A stretch of DNA of 64,000 nucleotides. Origin: Anthoceros angustus. Its lineage: Eukaryota > Plantae > Anthocerotophyta. The notes below the pieces were generated by a model that saw only the letters and a program-made list of their open reading frames with translations, was not told where the DNA came from and searched no databases. How positions within the stretch are numbered: the first letter of the stretch is position 1; each line of letters begins with the position of its first letter. Where the stretch lies: the NCBI GenBank assembly GCA_010909165.1, contig MU008234.1, positions 1-64,000 of the forward strand. The letters run 5' to 3'. This document shows positions 11,090-24,528 of the stretch, piece after piece. The position numbers and the translations under genes were made by a program.

Positions 11090-14000
11090 AAGCGGCGAAA
11101 GGGACTCACGATGAAAACCGAAACGAATTACGGATGTACGAGTTGTGGAACTCATGGATTTGGGTGCCGTGAAATATCTAAGTGAACGGATGCTTGATAA
11201 GGCGTGTACCATCGACTCCGCTCGGGGTTAACGATGATGGAAGAAACGCCAGCAAACTAGGATACACCAAGTTCGAGAGGACACGCACCATTCTACGAAT
11301 GGCGGATCAGACGCGGCGGCGACCGCTGGGGGTACTTCGGCGGATACCCACTAACATTGGAGGCATTGTTTTCCCTTTGACCTATGTGGTCATGCGACCA
11401 GCGTCCGACCTGGGGTATCAAGTGTTGATAGGGAGGCCATGGCTATACGGCAGCAAAAGCCAACTTGATTGGGGGAAGAAGGAAATTAATTTCAGATCGC
11501 TCAAGGGCATGCCGTTGGCTCATGCCTCTGTGAGCTGGAGCAAGGAAACCTATGAAGGGGAAACGGAATCCCTCACCGAGGAGTACACCTCCGAGGGTGG
11601 GGAGGAGACAGAGGAGAGGAAAATTCTTCGATCGATGATCAAACATATTGTCCTGACAAGCTTGTCGACGGCTTTCAGGTTGAGATAGAGGAAGAATCGG
11701 AGAACAATGGAGGAGTGGACGGAGGACCGCATCCTTGGATAAGGAAGGTCGACAATGAAGGTTTCCCGGATGAAGGAACGGGCCACTAGGGAAGTTGTCC
11801 GGACGGACGTGGATCCGAGCCAGAGGAAATGGAGCTGGCCTCGGAAGAAAGTCATGGTATGCGTGCATCCGCGAACAAAGAGAAGAAACAACTCCATCTG
11901 TTGTTGGAATACATAGATTGTTTCGCGCTCAAGGTAACCAAATGACCGTATACAGAGGAGTTGGGAGTGCACCGAATCGACTTGAAGGAAGGAGCGACTC
12001 GGTGAGGATCAAGCAAGACGACTCAATCCAAAGTATTCTCTAGTGGTGAAGGAGCAATTGGATCGATTCCGGAGGCGGAGTAATCTATCCACTCACAAGC
12101 GAATGGGTGGCACCTGTGATTGTGCCTAAGAAGCAACAGGGAAAGTTCGGTTTGTGATTTCGTGAAGTTGAATGAGGCAACTAAGAAAGACCATCACCCT
12201 TGCCGCTTATGGATAGTGTATTGGACACGGTCAGGGCATGAGATGCAGCTTAGACGGGTATTCGTGATACAATCGATCACTCGAGAAAGGAAGATCGTGA
12301 CAAAACAACGCTTACCATCGATTGGGGACGTTTGCATATGCCAAATTACCCTTTGGTCTTTGCAATGCCCCGCCACCTTCGAGAGTAGTGAATACCATTT
12401 TCCGAGAGTACCGAGGAAATTCATGGAAGTATTTCGGATGACTTTTGTGTGTTTGGGAAGAGAGCGCACTTGGGACATCTTCGCCAAAGGTTTACTGTAT
12501 GTAGAGAAACCAATTTGAAGTTGCACCCAAGCAAATGTTATTTGGAATGATGAAGGAATCACGGCACATCGTGTTTCAAGCGAGGTTTGGAGGTGGATAG
12601 GAAAAGGTCGTCATCAGAGATGGATGCTCAAACGGTAAGGCAAGTTCGAGCCTTCATCGGCTTAGTGGGATACTAGAGATTCATCATTGATTTTGCAAAG
12701 AAGACCTCTCACGCAACCATCAAGAAAGATGTTCCTTTTGATCGGACGGCCGAGCGCGTGCGCTCTAAGTTTGAAAAGAGCTTGGCGCACTGTTGCAACC
12801 CCCAACTGGAAGAACCTTTTCATGTCTTTGTGGATGTATCGCCATGCCATAGGGGCCATCCCGAGTCAACGTGATGGAAAGAAGCATGATAGGCCGATCT
12901 TCTATGCGCCAACTTTCGGATGCGTAACGGAACTACGATCGAAAGAGAAGCTCTTGGCATCATCTATTCTGCAAGAAATTTCGACACTATCTGGCTTGCA
13001 AAGTTGTGTTCCATGTGGACCATTTCGATCAAGTACTTGGTAAACAAACCCGATCTATCCGGACGAATCGCGATGGATATCACTACAGGAATTATGAGGT
13101 GAGAAACACGGGAAGCAACATACGACTTCATTTCGACTACGAATGAAGGGAAGCGCCACCACCGAACGATAAGTTCCCGATGAGGAGTTAGTAGCCGTAC
13201 GAAAGCATGATCGAAAGACGCAGAGGCACCGCAGGAAGGACCGAGAAACGGCGAGCTGGGACTCCGGACATCGCGAAATGAGAACCGGAGGGGACGCCAG
13301 ACCAAGGACTACGCAACCGCACGAAACCCCGCACCGTAAGAGAAGGAGGGCGTGTCCACGACACTTAATCCGCCGAGGTCGAGGTATTTAGAGCATGGGG
13401 AGTTGCCGTGGATTTATCAAAGGAAGGAGTTGTCATTCATACGTATGGCACCATATTGCATCAGCAAAGGAGTGTTGTACAAACTGGGAGCTGATGAGGT
13501 AATTCGAAGATGTCTTGAGGGGAATGAGAAAGCCATGGTGACAGAGGCCTTGCACACCAAGGAAGCGGGAGGACACTATTCCGCCTCGATCACAACGAAG
13601 AAGATTCTAACCACAGGGTTTTGGTGGGCTACGATGTATAGAGACGTAGCATTATTCATCAAAAGTTGCGATGCTTGTCAGCGAACAGGGAGGCCCACGC
13701 CGACGACCCAGTGGCCTCTAACGTACATCCTACCACTGGCACCTTTTGAGAAATGGGGAATTGATTTTGTAGGACCTATTCGACCACCAACCGGACCAGC
13801 GACAAGATTTCGTTGCATGACATCGCACAAAGATGGTAGAGGCAGAAGCGACAAGGAAGGATGATGCGCCCACCGTCGCCAAGTTTTTGTTTGAACGGAT
13901 TATCACAAGGTATGGATGCCCATTGGAACTTGTTAGCGATCGAGGGACGCATTTCCTCAACAGCATAATCGAGTCTGTGACTGCCTATTTCAACATTCGA

Positions 14001-14560
14001 CACAGGAAGACTACGCCTTACAATCCGAAAGCCAACGGACTCACGGAGAAGACAAATGGGTTACTATGCAACATTTTGACAAAGTGACCTCCCCATATGT
14101 ATGATGGGATACCAAGCTACACTGCTATGGGCTTGGATCATGGAGAAGGTGACCAAAGAAGACAGACTCTCGATATACGATGTCACCCGTAATGCCACCG
14201 AATTTGAGGTACCAACGATAGAATTATGGAAGATGAGCGAATGACGGTGGAAGATAGTGAACAAGCGGTTGGAAGAATTTAAGGCATGAGGAAACAGAGA
14301 CGATGCCTTAGAGGAGACACACATGCAGTGAAGAGGAAGGAGAGGCACGATGGGAGGCTTCACGTGACCCTATAGTAGCGGAGACTTGGTGCTTTACGAT
14401 AGTAGGTATTTAGATTTTCCCGGGAAGCTACGAGATGGATGGGGCCTATGGGTTGTAGTCTATGAAAATGGGTCGGGCTTGGAAAGTTTCTGGGGAACTA
14501 CTTCCTACCAGAGTGAATGGGTGGAAGATCAAGAAGTACTTTACACTGAGGATGTTTGCG
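11090..14560 (+). CDS. pol: Gypsy Pol: aspartic protease, reverse transcriptase, RNase H, integrase (frameshifted)
   Basis: AP: LRMADQT...LIGRPWL. RT: KLNEATKKDHHP, LPFGLCNAPATF and a degenerate YxDD region near 12430. RH: PNW..PFHVFVD and TIEREALGIIYS. INT: HTKEAGGH...CDACQR, PFEKWGIDFVGP, LVSDRGTHF, TTPYNPKANGLTEKTN, FPGKL. Confidence 0.93.
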
Positions 14561-14567
14561 GGCGCAA

Positions 14568-14586
14568 ACAAATGGGGAGAGGAGCA
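14568..14586 (+). promoter_or_regulatory. Polypurine tract of Gypsy family 1
   Basis: aaatggggagaggagca lies immediately before the TGTGG LTR start at 14587. Confidence 0.8.
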
Positions 14587-17058
14587 TGTGGAACGAAGAA
14601 TTTTGGTCACCCAAGAGGCAGGAGACTGACGAAGGATGAATAGTGGTTCGTGCAGGTAGTAGGTAGGTCGATAGAAACAGTAGGAAGATGGTAGGACGTC
14701 CGAGGGAGTTCGGGACTTAAGAATCGCGTGTAGTGAGGAGGTTCGATCGGGTAGAAAGTATGGGTAGATAGAAGCATATAGGCATGATAGGTTCCAAAGT
14801 TCCTTGGACCATGGGAGTAGGAATATTCGGGATAAGAAGTTCCTTGGCCTTCAATTATTTAGGTTCCGCATGGCTATATATGCCAAAAGGGCTAGTTGTT
14901 GTAGATGGAAAATGGCTATGGAGTTTTGAACCCGACACGTGGCACCATCGTGGGAGGAGCGCAACAGATTTGCATGCACCGTTAGCCGTTAGTGGTTTTG
15001 AACGGGCGCCTTCAGCGAACCGCAGCGGCACCGAGGGAGTAAGTGGAGTTGCGCTCAAGAAGGAAGGCGCAGTGAGCGGGCGCCTCACCGATTGCGGGCG
15101 CAGCCGGAGGGAGCGAAGGCCGAGGCGCCGAGGCTAAGAGCGAGCTAAGGGCATGAGCGATTGCGGAAAGGAGTTCGAGGGGGATCCGCAAGGCGCGAGT
15201 GGAGGTGCTCGAGCGGAGGCGATTGTGAGAGGCGCCGAGGTGAGCTGGAAGACGCCAAAAGGCGAGCAAGGTGGAGAAGTTGCTGGAGGGGAGATTGAAG
15301 GGGCCAAGGCCACCTCTTAGTGGTTGCGTTGAGGCCGACTGCCGAGGAGCGGAAGAACTCCCCTGTTGCTCTCACCCAAACCACCACCTCTTTGCTCTCC
15401 ACTCTCTTAGCCCGATAGATTACTCCAATCTCTCCAATTTTGCTATCCTTGTGTGTGCTCTGCGATGGTAAAGATAGTGAGGACGGAACGGGGTACTCCC
15501 ACGGGAGGAAACCTCCGCCGCCACACCGCCCACAAAGGGAAAAGGTAAGAAACACCCACCCCGAGTTCGAGTAGTAGGCCTCCAATTTCACCTCGAGATT
15601 TGAGGCGCTCGAGCGCCCCGAGATGAAGATGGAATGGCTGTACTTGGTACCTGGTGGCACTTTGCGAGCCCCGCCTTGGTTCGTGGAGTGTGCGCGACGA
15701 ATGAGAGTGACCAAGGCACGCCCCTGGAGGATGCGACATCAAGTCATCCCGGGATGTGGAAGGTACGCATTTCCGTGGATACGATTTGATACCGAAGCCC
15801 ACAAGGGAGGGATCCCGGCAGGTTCTCCAAGAATCGATCCCGGAGGAGGTTATGAGTCATGTTCCTACGACCAAAGGAGGAAGTATGGTCGCAAGGCAAT
15901 GGTGGAGGATCTTTGTTCAAGGAGCGGAAGTGGAATTTATTCGCCAAGATATGGCTGACTAACGCGCTGCGAGGAAGACGACTGGAAATTCCATTTAATG
16001 ATGATGTATGAGATGTCTGGAAGTTGGTGGATTGGGCCACCATTCTCAGTATGAACAAAGCGGTTGACCGAAACCATTTGGTGATGGAGGGAGCAAGAAT
16101 CGCTTTGTCTCTACCTTCCTCGACACCTATATCGAGGGAGGAGGTTCTTACAGCTGACGAGCTGGAAGAAGCCAAGATAGAAGCTACTCTGGTGAGGGTA
16201 GCGGAAGGGGAGCCATCGCCCCTGGAGGATGAAGAGAGGAGAGGCCCCGGGCAAGAGACCGCCACGCCCATGAACCAACATGAGGCCTCGTGGATCGAGA
16301 ACCCAACAAGAGAAAGGGAAGAAGGCCATAGAAGCACCTCCTACGGAGGAAGGAGGAAAGGATACGAGACCACCTACCGGAGGGTTGAGGATTGGAAGGC
16401 CGACAACACCTGGTAGGGAGTGAACCTCTACAGAGGACCTGTGGAGGACGGAGGACCTACGGTAGGAGCTTTACCTCCTACCAAGAAGTAGTAACAAGAG
16501 GCGTGGAGAAGAACGCCGAGGAGCTGGTGACCCACGCACCAACGGGAGGAGCGAGGGAAGTGTTTGAGAACCGGCATCCTCTGAGGGTAGTTGGCCGAAG
16601 GAAGTGGGCGCAGGATCTATGGACGCCCTAGTGGACCGTGTCGGAGGTGACCAAGTTCGTGGCCGAACTCGAGACCTACGAAAGGAGCCGGAGGATGCCG
16701 AGAAGAAATTGAGAGGAGCTCAAAACCACCTCAGAAGCAACACTCCGTGCTAGATCCGCCAAAGAGCGCGACAGATGACCACCAAGTTGGTGAATGTGTG
16801 GAAATGATTGACCGTGTCTTAGGACAGAGGCAAAATCAGCCAAGAGGGCCGAGTTGGCCAGAAGGAGGCGTAAGAAAGTTGGAAGCTACCTAGCAAGGGT
16901 AGGACACATCGAGCAAGGAGGAGGCAAGATTCTGGCAAGGCCCGTGGGACCTTGAAGACGAGAAGGACCTCCTACGAAGAAGTTAGTTGCCATGGAGCAA
17001 CGGAAGGAGCATTACAAGGGAAAATACGACTCTTGGTGAACGACAAGGATGGGACAAT
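14587..17058 (+). repeat. 3' LTR of Gypsy family 1 (partial; ends at the N)
   Basis: Colinear with 4032-~6530; the differences are largely small indels. Confidence 0.9.
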
Positions 17059-17059
17059 N

Positions 17060-17537
17060 CGCATGTGGCCAAACTCGTCACTTCGCACACCCTAATCCTC
17101 TCCATCACAATCGAGGTGCACCTATACGAGAGGAGAGAGTTTTCCATAGCAGTTCCCAAACCAATGACTCTGGTGTCCTGTTTGAGGCTACCTCTCGGGA
17201 ACTTTGATGGGAACAAGAGGCCTCTGCTCGCCTTCTCCCACATCGCGATTGGACCCAAGTCGGTGAAAGCAGGGAAGCTTATGTTTGTCGGTCGTTGCTT
17301 GCAGCCCACGTGTTGCGGTCGGTGAAGGACGCGCGGCTCCCATATTCTCAGATCCCTATCTTCACGGTAGGGGTGTTGAAGGAGTCTCTTGGGCTGTGGT
17401 CTTCTTTAGGGGCGGAGCTTGCGCCAAGACGGCCTTTCCGCCAAAGCTTGAGGCGGTTGTCCTCGGGCTCACGCCGCAGCGCCCAAGGTATCCCTCACAT
17501 AGCGGCGAGCCGCCTTTGAATCCTCAGAAGACGACAT
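17060..17537 (-). pseudogene. Antisense accessory ORF of the Copia element (homolog of 47629-48577), truncated at the N
   Basis: MSSSEDSKAARRYVRDTLG...FPSKFPRGSLKQDTRVIGLGT...SYR(V)H...RIRV aligns by eye with PSFPKPTDLFKETQIVSYGT...WYRVHV...RRIKV. Confidence 0.6.
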
Positions 17538-18035
17538 CTTGGTCAGGTGGCTCTCCAGCTGCTCTTTCAAAATGATGCTAAGAGTGAACAAGGCGAGAAT
17601 GAGTATCGCACACCTGGTTTCAAGAGGTTTCTCTTGAGCACGCTCCAACAAGCACCGCACTATGGAGTTTTGGGGCGTAGAGCAGGAGGAGACCAAGCAC
17701 TCGCAATTCATGGCTGGAGTCTCAGCTGGTTCTCGCACGTAAGGACTGATACTAGCGAAGCAGGACTGTGAATTCATTGCTCGATATCATCAACAAGTGG
17801 GAGTGTTAAGGGATAGTGTTGATAACATCTCTTTATTAGAGGTGCATATATAGTGATATATAGGGGTACATAGAATAATAATTATAAGTACCCGTTCGTT
17901 AGGGTTGTGACTTATGGTGAACCGTTATGGCGTTTAAGTTTAGAATAATAGTGTCTTTTCAGCATAAGCATTTAAAGTCTTTCTTGATACACAATGATCT
18001 ATGTAATTGAACAATTTTTATTTGATATAAAACAA
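17060..18035 (+). mobile_element. 3' end of a Ty1/Copia element: 3' region, PPT (17795-17803) and 3' LTR (from 17804; end approximate)
   Basis: caacaagtgggag|TGTTAAGG junction. The LTR shares tgtcttttca(t)gcataagca...tctttcttgat..acaatg with the Copia LTR at 47085-47344 (reverse strand). Confidence 0.75.
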
Positions 18036-19333
18036 GTCTATTTGTTAAATAAGCGAACGTCAGAGTGTGGATGACATGTTGGAAACAAGCTGCATGTAGA
18101 AGGAAAAGGGGCGAGAAACAAAATTCCAGGTTGGCAAGGCGGGGAACGCCTAGCGTAAGCCTCTGATTCCTGCATTACGCCCCAGTTCGAACTTCAAAGT
18201 GTACTTGCTTCCGCCGTCAACGGCGCGAGCTCGTCCTTTCACTGTTCGCAGGAGACTGTCCACGGCTGGTTACTTGGCTTGGCCGTGACGGTAGCCGGGG
18301 CCGAGTTCCCACTGTGACCCCTTGCTGACGCACATTCCGCCTCGGCAGACTCCCATATCCATGCTCTGCAAAAAAATCAAGCACTTCTTCCATTGCTGAG
18401 GTTGGAGAAGTCTTTGCACTTGGTGGTGCGCCACCCTCCTTTGTACAACGTGTTCTAATACAACATTGCTTTCCCACATCGTTCCGTCGAAGCCCAAAAG
18501 ACAGCTGCTTGGATATGGAAGCGGGGGTCTTTTCGCAGTCTTGGAGAGACAAAGCTCCGTAGTAGCTTCCCTTCTCTCCAGCTCTTTAGTGCCATCTTTG
18601 GAAAATCCACAATCCTCCATGATGAGGGCTATCGCGGCTGCAAGGTCCCCTTCTTCAAGATTCCCCATATTCATCGGCCAACAATGAGATCTTGCGTTTG
18701 GCCAAGAGGAGGACATTGGGTCCTCATGACGATGACCGAATCCTGGAAACATGGCATGCGGGCATAGCGCATGCCCCGGGTGTGACGCGCCATTGTAGGC
18801 TTCCAGAGATTCCTATGTTTTCATTGGCCAGAACGTACATACTAGAAGAAGCACCCGATCGTGAACGCAAACGTACTGGACACCATCTCAAGAAACGTCC
18901 TTGCAGTCAGGCATGCTGTAATAGGCACATCTCATCGTCTTGTACAGTATTGATCACTTCACAACTCATAGGGAACAGTGTTGGGTCGTAATTCTTCTCC
19001 CTTTCTCCACTCCCCAAGACGGGGAAATTCTCGCACAATCCTTATCGCCTGTAATGGGAGACACTACTGGAGATGGTGTGGCTTAGTATATGCCATCAAT
19101 TCTGGCCAATTTCGGTGCATCGTCAGATGGAGATAAAGGAGCGGGAAGATTCCTCTGATGATAGTGCAGTATGGAGGCTCAACAAGCGCTGGAGGGACAT
19201 CAGCGACGCGTGGCCAGGCGTGAAGCCTATTTGGCAGTGGGATCACGAGACTGTGTTCACGGATGGAGACTATGTTTGTGCCCAGGCTTTTGAGGAGTCC
19301 GCAGTGGAGTGCCCTGCAGTCTGGATACCTAGT

Positions 19334-22005
19334 TGTGGGAGGGAAAACCCCGGGGCTTCCCCCTCTAGCGGCCACACTTATCCCACTGTCGTTTCGTACG
19401 TTGGGTTTTGTCCCATGAGACTTGTGTGAACGATCGGGTTCTAGGGAAACAATCGCTACCTGCAGTGACACACTATCTCAGCCTTCTAAACAAGCAAGGC
19501 GCCCTCTACTCTCCCCCTTACAGTAGCTGCGCCACTTGCACTGCTCCTAAAAATTCCCAATCCTCGGCCTACAACGACACGACACAGTTGCGGGTCCTGC
19601 CTTAGCAGCAAGGAGTCTATCACGGGCACCTGTGGGACCCGATCACACCGCACTGTCCCTTCTACTAAGACCAATCTTCTCCACTGTGGAGCCCTCTTAA
19701 TTGTGCATTTGGGATTCGTCCCTTAGGCTCTCACTGTGGCCTTCCACACCACGCCTCCCCTACACTCTAATCCTCTACTCATCTCCTCATCCTCCTCCTA
19801 TTCTAACCTCGTAGGGCTTCATCGGCCGGCTCGCCCCTCACGACAACCTCTGGGTCCGCCTACACACCAAGAAGTTCTTCCTTGGGCGGTTGCTATGAGT
19901 TTGACACGACAATGAGAACCTGGAGTCTTTCCTGTAGTCTACCCTCAAGCCGAGAGTTCCTTGGGCATTGCCACACACCAAAGCAAAGCAATTTCACAAA
20001 GAACCATTCACAAGGGAGCAACTCGTCGAGGCGCTCGCAGGAAGCAAGCCCTCTATCAAGCACTCCGACCACCGCAACTTCCTCTCTACCAGACACTGCG
20101 TTGGCTCATAGCCGGCACGAAATTTCTTTACAAGGGCAAAGGACTCGCAAGTATGGAAGTGCAAGACGTGATACTTTACTTTGTGAAATCCTCCTCCTCT
20201 TATGGGAGGCCTTCCACATACAACCTCCCTTGGGTGACCCTGCTGCAGGCCACCTTTCCCAATATTTTATTCCTACACGCCCATTTAAGTCCACAGCATC
20301 TAAGTCTACTGTCTGATCCTAGGTAAATTCTAATCTAGCAATTTCACCTAAGATCATTCTTAAAGGATGTCAGGCTACATCACCTATCCTTCCCATTCTC
20401 CAAAGCTCATTTATGGTCCTTGACCATTCCTAGTCCTCATCTTGCTGGGGTGGTGACGCGTCTCCTACGGGTTGGCTCCCTCGCCCTCTTTTTGCTCCTG
20501 TCCCCTCCCCGGATCTTGTCTTCTTCCTAGCTTGTGGGGCAAGTACCATTACGCCTTCCTTCTGCTCATGACGCCCGATTCCTTCACCCTCGAGGCGCGC
20601 CCCTTCCATGCCAGCGGCCCATCTTCCGGCCTCGCCGCTTGGCGCGCTCCTTCAAGCACCCTACGCGGTGATGCGAACTACAGGGGTGCGACTTCTACCA
20701 TGGTAGGTTGATCCCTTTCCCTTGTTCATCTCCTTCCTTCTTCGCATCGGCGAGGGCTTCCTGGGTCAAGATCTCCATTGCTCTTTTGCCTGCTTGTTTG
20801 ATTTGTCCATACCTATCATAGAGCATCTTCAAAGATCCTTCATCTCCATTCGCCGAACCATGCCGGTCTCCTTACTGATTCCTCCGGGCCTTTTTCGTGC
20901 TGGACTCCTCTCCAGGCCCCGGTTCCTCTCTATTTGTGGGGTGAGGGAACTTCTCACCCCTTCCTGTCCTCCGACGGGTCGGACCCCGTCCTTGATCTCC
21001 TCCGGTGGGGCTGCTCCCTCCACCGCCCTGTCTCCTCCTCCTGGGGGGTGTGTCGGACCCCGGCTCCATCCTCAGCACCATGGCTAGCTCCTCGGGACCT
21101 CGCGGTAGGTCCTACCTTCTGCGGTGATGCGGGACTACAGGGGCGTAGGTCTACCACCAGTGAGGGCGCCTCTTGGTGGTGGTGATCTCAAGTAGTGGGG
21201 TGACCCCACACACCTGCTCGCCTCTCGGCGCCATCTTCCCCTCGGCGCGGTCTCCTCTTTTGTTTCCCGGACTCACCGAGGTCCATGTCACTGTGGCCTC
21301 ATCAAAATCCAGGCCTCGGCTGCACTTTGGCGATCCTACGATCATCATCATGAGGACCCAATGTCCTCCTCTTGGCCAGCGCAACACCTGTTGGCCTTCA
21401 ATATCGGTTGTGGAGATGGGCCCCAAGCTATGATATTGCATTTGGAGTCATCGAGCTCACGTAGGCCATTCTCCATCTTCACACCTACCCTTGTAGGCGT
21501 CTCCTTGGTGGTCAATTCGCCCACCTTCACATGGAGGTCACATTCTCCTCCTTGCTTCCCCTCATTGGCTGGCCAACTTGAAGGGCATAATCCACTTAAA
21601 ATCGTCTCTTCCTCACCACCAGCATCCTATGCACCACCTTCTTATGGTGCTCCTCCTCCCGGACCTCCTCCGCTCCAAGTCCGCTAGTTCTTTGGGCAAG
21701 TCTCTCCCTCTCCTCGGCAAGCAACCTCTCGCTCGACTCTTGCACCGGTCTTGAAACCTAACCCGGCAGCTTCTCTCAAATTGAACCGGGTCCTTCGTAA
21801 TTCCTCTTCCATGTCCCGGATTTTGATGGCTTGAGTGGCCATCACCTGCTCCTGCGCCTCCACCTGTTGGACCGCCCGCTTCTCTCTCCCTAGAGCCTCG
21901 GTCTTGCTTCTTCGCTCTTGCTCTAGTTGGGCAAAATGCTCCTCCGCCTTTTGCCTCCATGTGTCCCGTTGGGTTGTTGCCCGGACCGCTCTTTCCTCTG
22001 TCCCA
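19334..22005 (-). mobile_element. 3' part of a Gypsy family 2 LTR (reverse strand), including the C-terminal half of its LTR-encoded ORF
   Basis: Reverse-complement match to about 52450-55288. It terminates in ...CCACA at 19334. The other end is an abrupt junction into Copia gag. Confidence 0.85.
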
Positions 22006-22009
22006 GACA

Positions 22010-24285
22010 TCTTCTCTGAAGTTGTAGGAGCTTTACTTGAGGAGGAATCAAGCCGTGGCTCCAATCCACAAACTGGCCAAGGTAGCACCAACCACGCACT
22101 CTTCACCTCTCGAGGCCGAGGTGGTAGAAGAGGTAGAGGACGCGGTGACTTCTCCAACCGTCGACCCTTCGACTCGCGACCTTATCACATGGAGGCTACA
22201 ACAAGCACGCCGGAGATGGTCCAGAAAGAACTGACAAAGGACCCGCAGGCGGTGCGATCCCGCCGAGCACAAGTGCAAAAAGAAGCAATCGGGAGAACCA
22301 CGGCATGACTCACCTAGAAATGAGTTGAACTTGTTGATGATTCCCAAGTAACCACCAGCAAATTCTATCCTAGCTGTATGTTTCATGCTAACAAGGACTA
22401 ACAACTGTCGATGGTTTCTGGACTCAGGGGCAACCACCCATATGTGCAGCAGCAAGGAAATGTTCACATCCTATCACCACGTGCTATTTAATCAAGACAT
22501 CTTTGTAGCGATGACGACCACTCCATCCACCATACATTACAGGCGAGGTTGCATAAGGCCCATCAGCAGGGAATCCCTCATTATCAATGGCGTGCTCCAC
22601 GTACTTGCAATGACCAAAAACCTCTTGTCAGTGAGGAAGTTGGCCACAGAGCACGACCTCACCATTATATTCACCATTATATTCCAAGGAAATCACTGCA
22701 CAATCTATCGCTCGAAGGACAAGCAGCAGAAAGCACTAGCTCATGGACTTCCCTACAACGATTTGTACTTGTTGAACATACAGTCTTCTTCATCACTCAT
22801 GGCGGACAGCTCTTCACCAGCCTCTCACAGCAACACCTTGCTATGGCACTGCCGGGCCGGCCATATCAATCCTCGTTCCCTGGACGCCTTCGCCAACCCT
22901 GCCATGTACAAAGACCCGTCAACGTTAAGTCCACCAAGAGTTTTTTCTGTGAGATCTGCCAGTATTCCAAGTTGATTCAACTTCCCTTTAAAGATGCTTC
23001 ACCAACAAGAGCTCGACGACTCTTGGAGACTATACATTCCGACATCTGCAGCCCAATGAGCACATATAGCTTCGGAGGCCACTCCTACTTCCTTACCTTC
23101 ATGGACGAGTGGAGCAGGTATTGCCACATTTATTTCCTTCGCCACAAGGATGAGGCCCTCACCTGTTTTCAAGAGTTTGTGCTAGCGGCAGAACAACAAA
23201 CAGAATTTCAAGTCCTGCCTCAGCGTGATAACGGGCGGAGAATATGCTAAACAAAAGCATTCCACGAGTTCTTAGATCTAAGGATCCTCCGCCCATTACT
23301 GTACCACACACTCCATTTCCCGAACCCTTTTTAGCGCCTCACAGATCCTTCTCGATTTCTGCTCCATCCTGAAGCTATCCTATCTCTCTCAATGCTACTG
23401 GGTTGAGGCCGTAGCTACAGCCAACTACCTCAAAAATAGGCTTCCTACCAAAGAGCTGCCAGGTACCACAGCTTTCGAGTGCTGGACAGGTAACAAACCC
23501 AGGATCTCCCACCTCCGCATTTTTGGCGGTCCTGCCTTTGCCCATGTCCGAGACGCTACTCGTGGCAAATGGGATGACAAGAGCCGCAAGCTCCTCCTCA
23601 TTGGCTACTCAGATCAGGTCAAAGCCTACCGCCTTTTCGATCCTGCCACCAGAGAGGTAATCCTTTCCCGTAGTGTTCATTTCCATGAATCCCTCGTTCT
23701 TCACACTTACCTTGCCTCTCTCACCTCTCTCCCTACTCCTGGCATTTCAGGCCTCCTACCTTCCGGTCATTCCCCCCTTGACCTTGAGGGGGCCACATCT
23801 TACTACGAAGAAGATGACATGCAAGCTCAAGAGGAGAACCAGATTATCTACCCTGCTCCAGGGCCTGTACCTCCTCAGGCACAACCACTCCAGGTACCCC
23901 TACCCTTGCCTATTCAACCTGCTCCACCAGACAACCACCTGGAACACCCTCCTATCCCAAACCAGCAGGACCACGAGGTAAATATCCCTGAACCCGAACC
24001 ACCACCTCTCGGCAATCTACTCGCCATAGGCCACCTAACCATCAATGGAGGATTGCTAACAAGACCTGGAAGCTCACTGACCTGCCTGCTGGGCGGAAAC
24101 CAATCTCTTGTAAATGGACTTTTAGAAGGAAACTCAATCTGAGTGGAATTTGTCTCAAGAGTACAAGTCGGGCATCGGGTAGCCCGTGGTTTCACGGTGC
24201 GGCTTGACTACGAGGAGAGCAGGACCTTCTGACCCAGTCGTCAAGGCCACATCCATTCGAATCCTCTTAAACGTGATAATCCTGG
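22010..24285 (+). mobile_element. pol: Ty1/Copia internal fragment: Gag C-terminus, protease, GAG-pre-integrase, integrase and start of RT
   Basis: SEVVGALLEEESSR; WFLDSGATTHM; LLWHCRAGHIN; LLETIHSDICSPM...GGHSYFLTFMDEWSRYCHIYFL; RT start near 24140-24270 (RLVARGF/LDYEETF-like). No LTRs were seen. Confidence 0.9.
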
Positions 24286-24528
24286 AAGGGGGTTAATATA
24301 CGAACCCCCTTCCACACTAACCAAACCCCCTTCACAAAAAAGACACTGTTCCGGAAATGCGCAATGTGGCGAATCCACCGTCACCAGCACCATGCTAAAT
24401 ACCATTTGCCTCGGAAAACTTGAGATTCAACAATTCTTAAAACAGATAGGGCTTTGTTGGCGCGGCCACAAATCTAAAACTCTTCCCTTGCCTACTGACT
24501 ATGGTTAGAAACAAGTAATGAAAGGAAA

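Larger units (their letters stand above)
4032..17058 (+). mobile_element. Ty3/Gypsy LTR retrotransposon (family 1), non-chromoviral, with very long LTRs; 3' LTR truncated at the N at 17059
   Basis: TGTGGAACGAAGAATTT starts at both 4032 and 14587, and about 2.5 kb of homology follows. A purine tract precedes 14587. Domain order is gag-AP-RT-RH-INT. No chromodomain or extra RNase H was seen. Confidence 0.92.

Noticed and set aside
19315-19333. PBS-like actaggtatccag after the family 2 LTR end
   Set aside because: It only loosely resembles TGGTATCAGAGC, and no gag follows.
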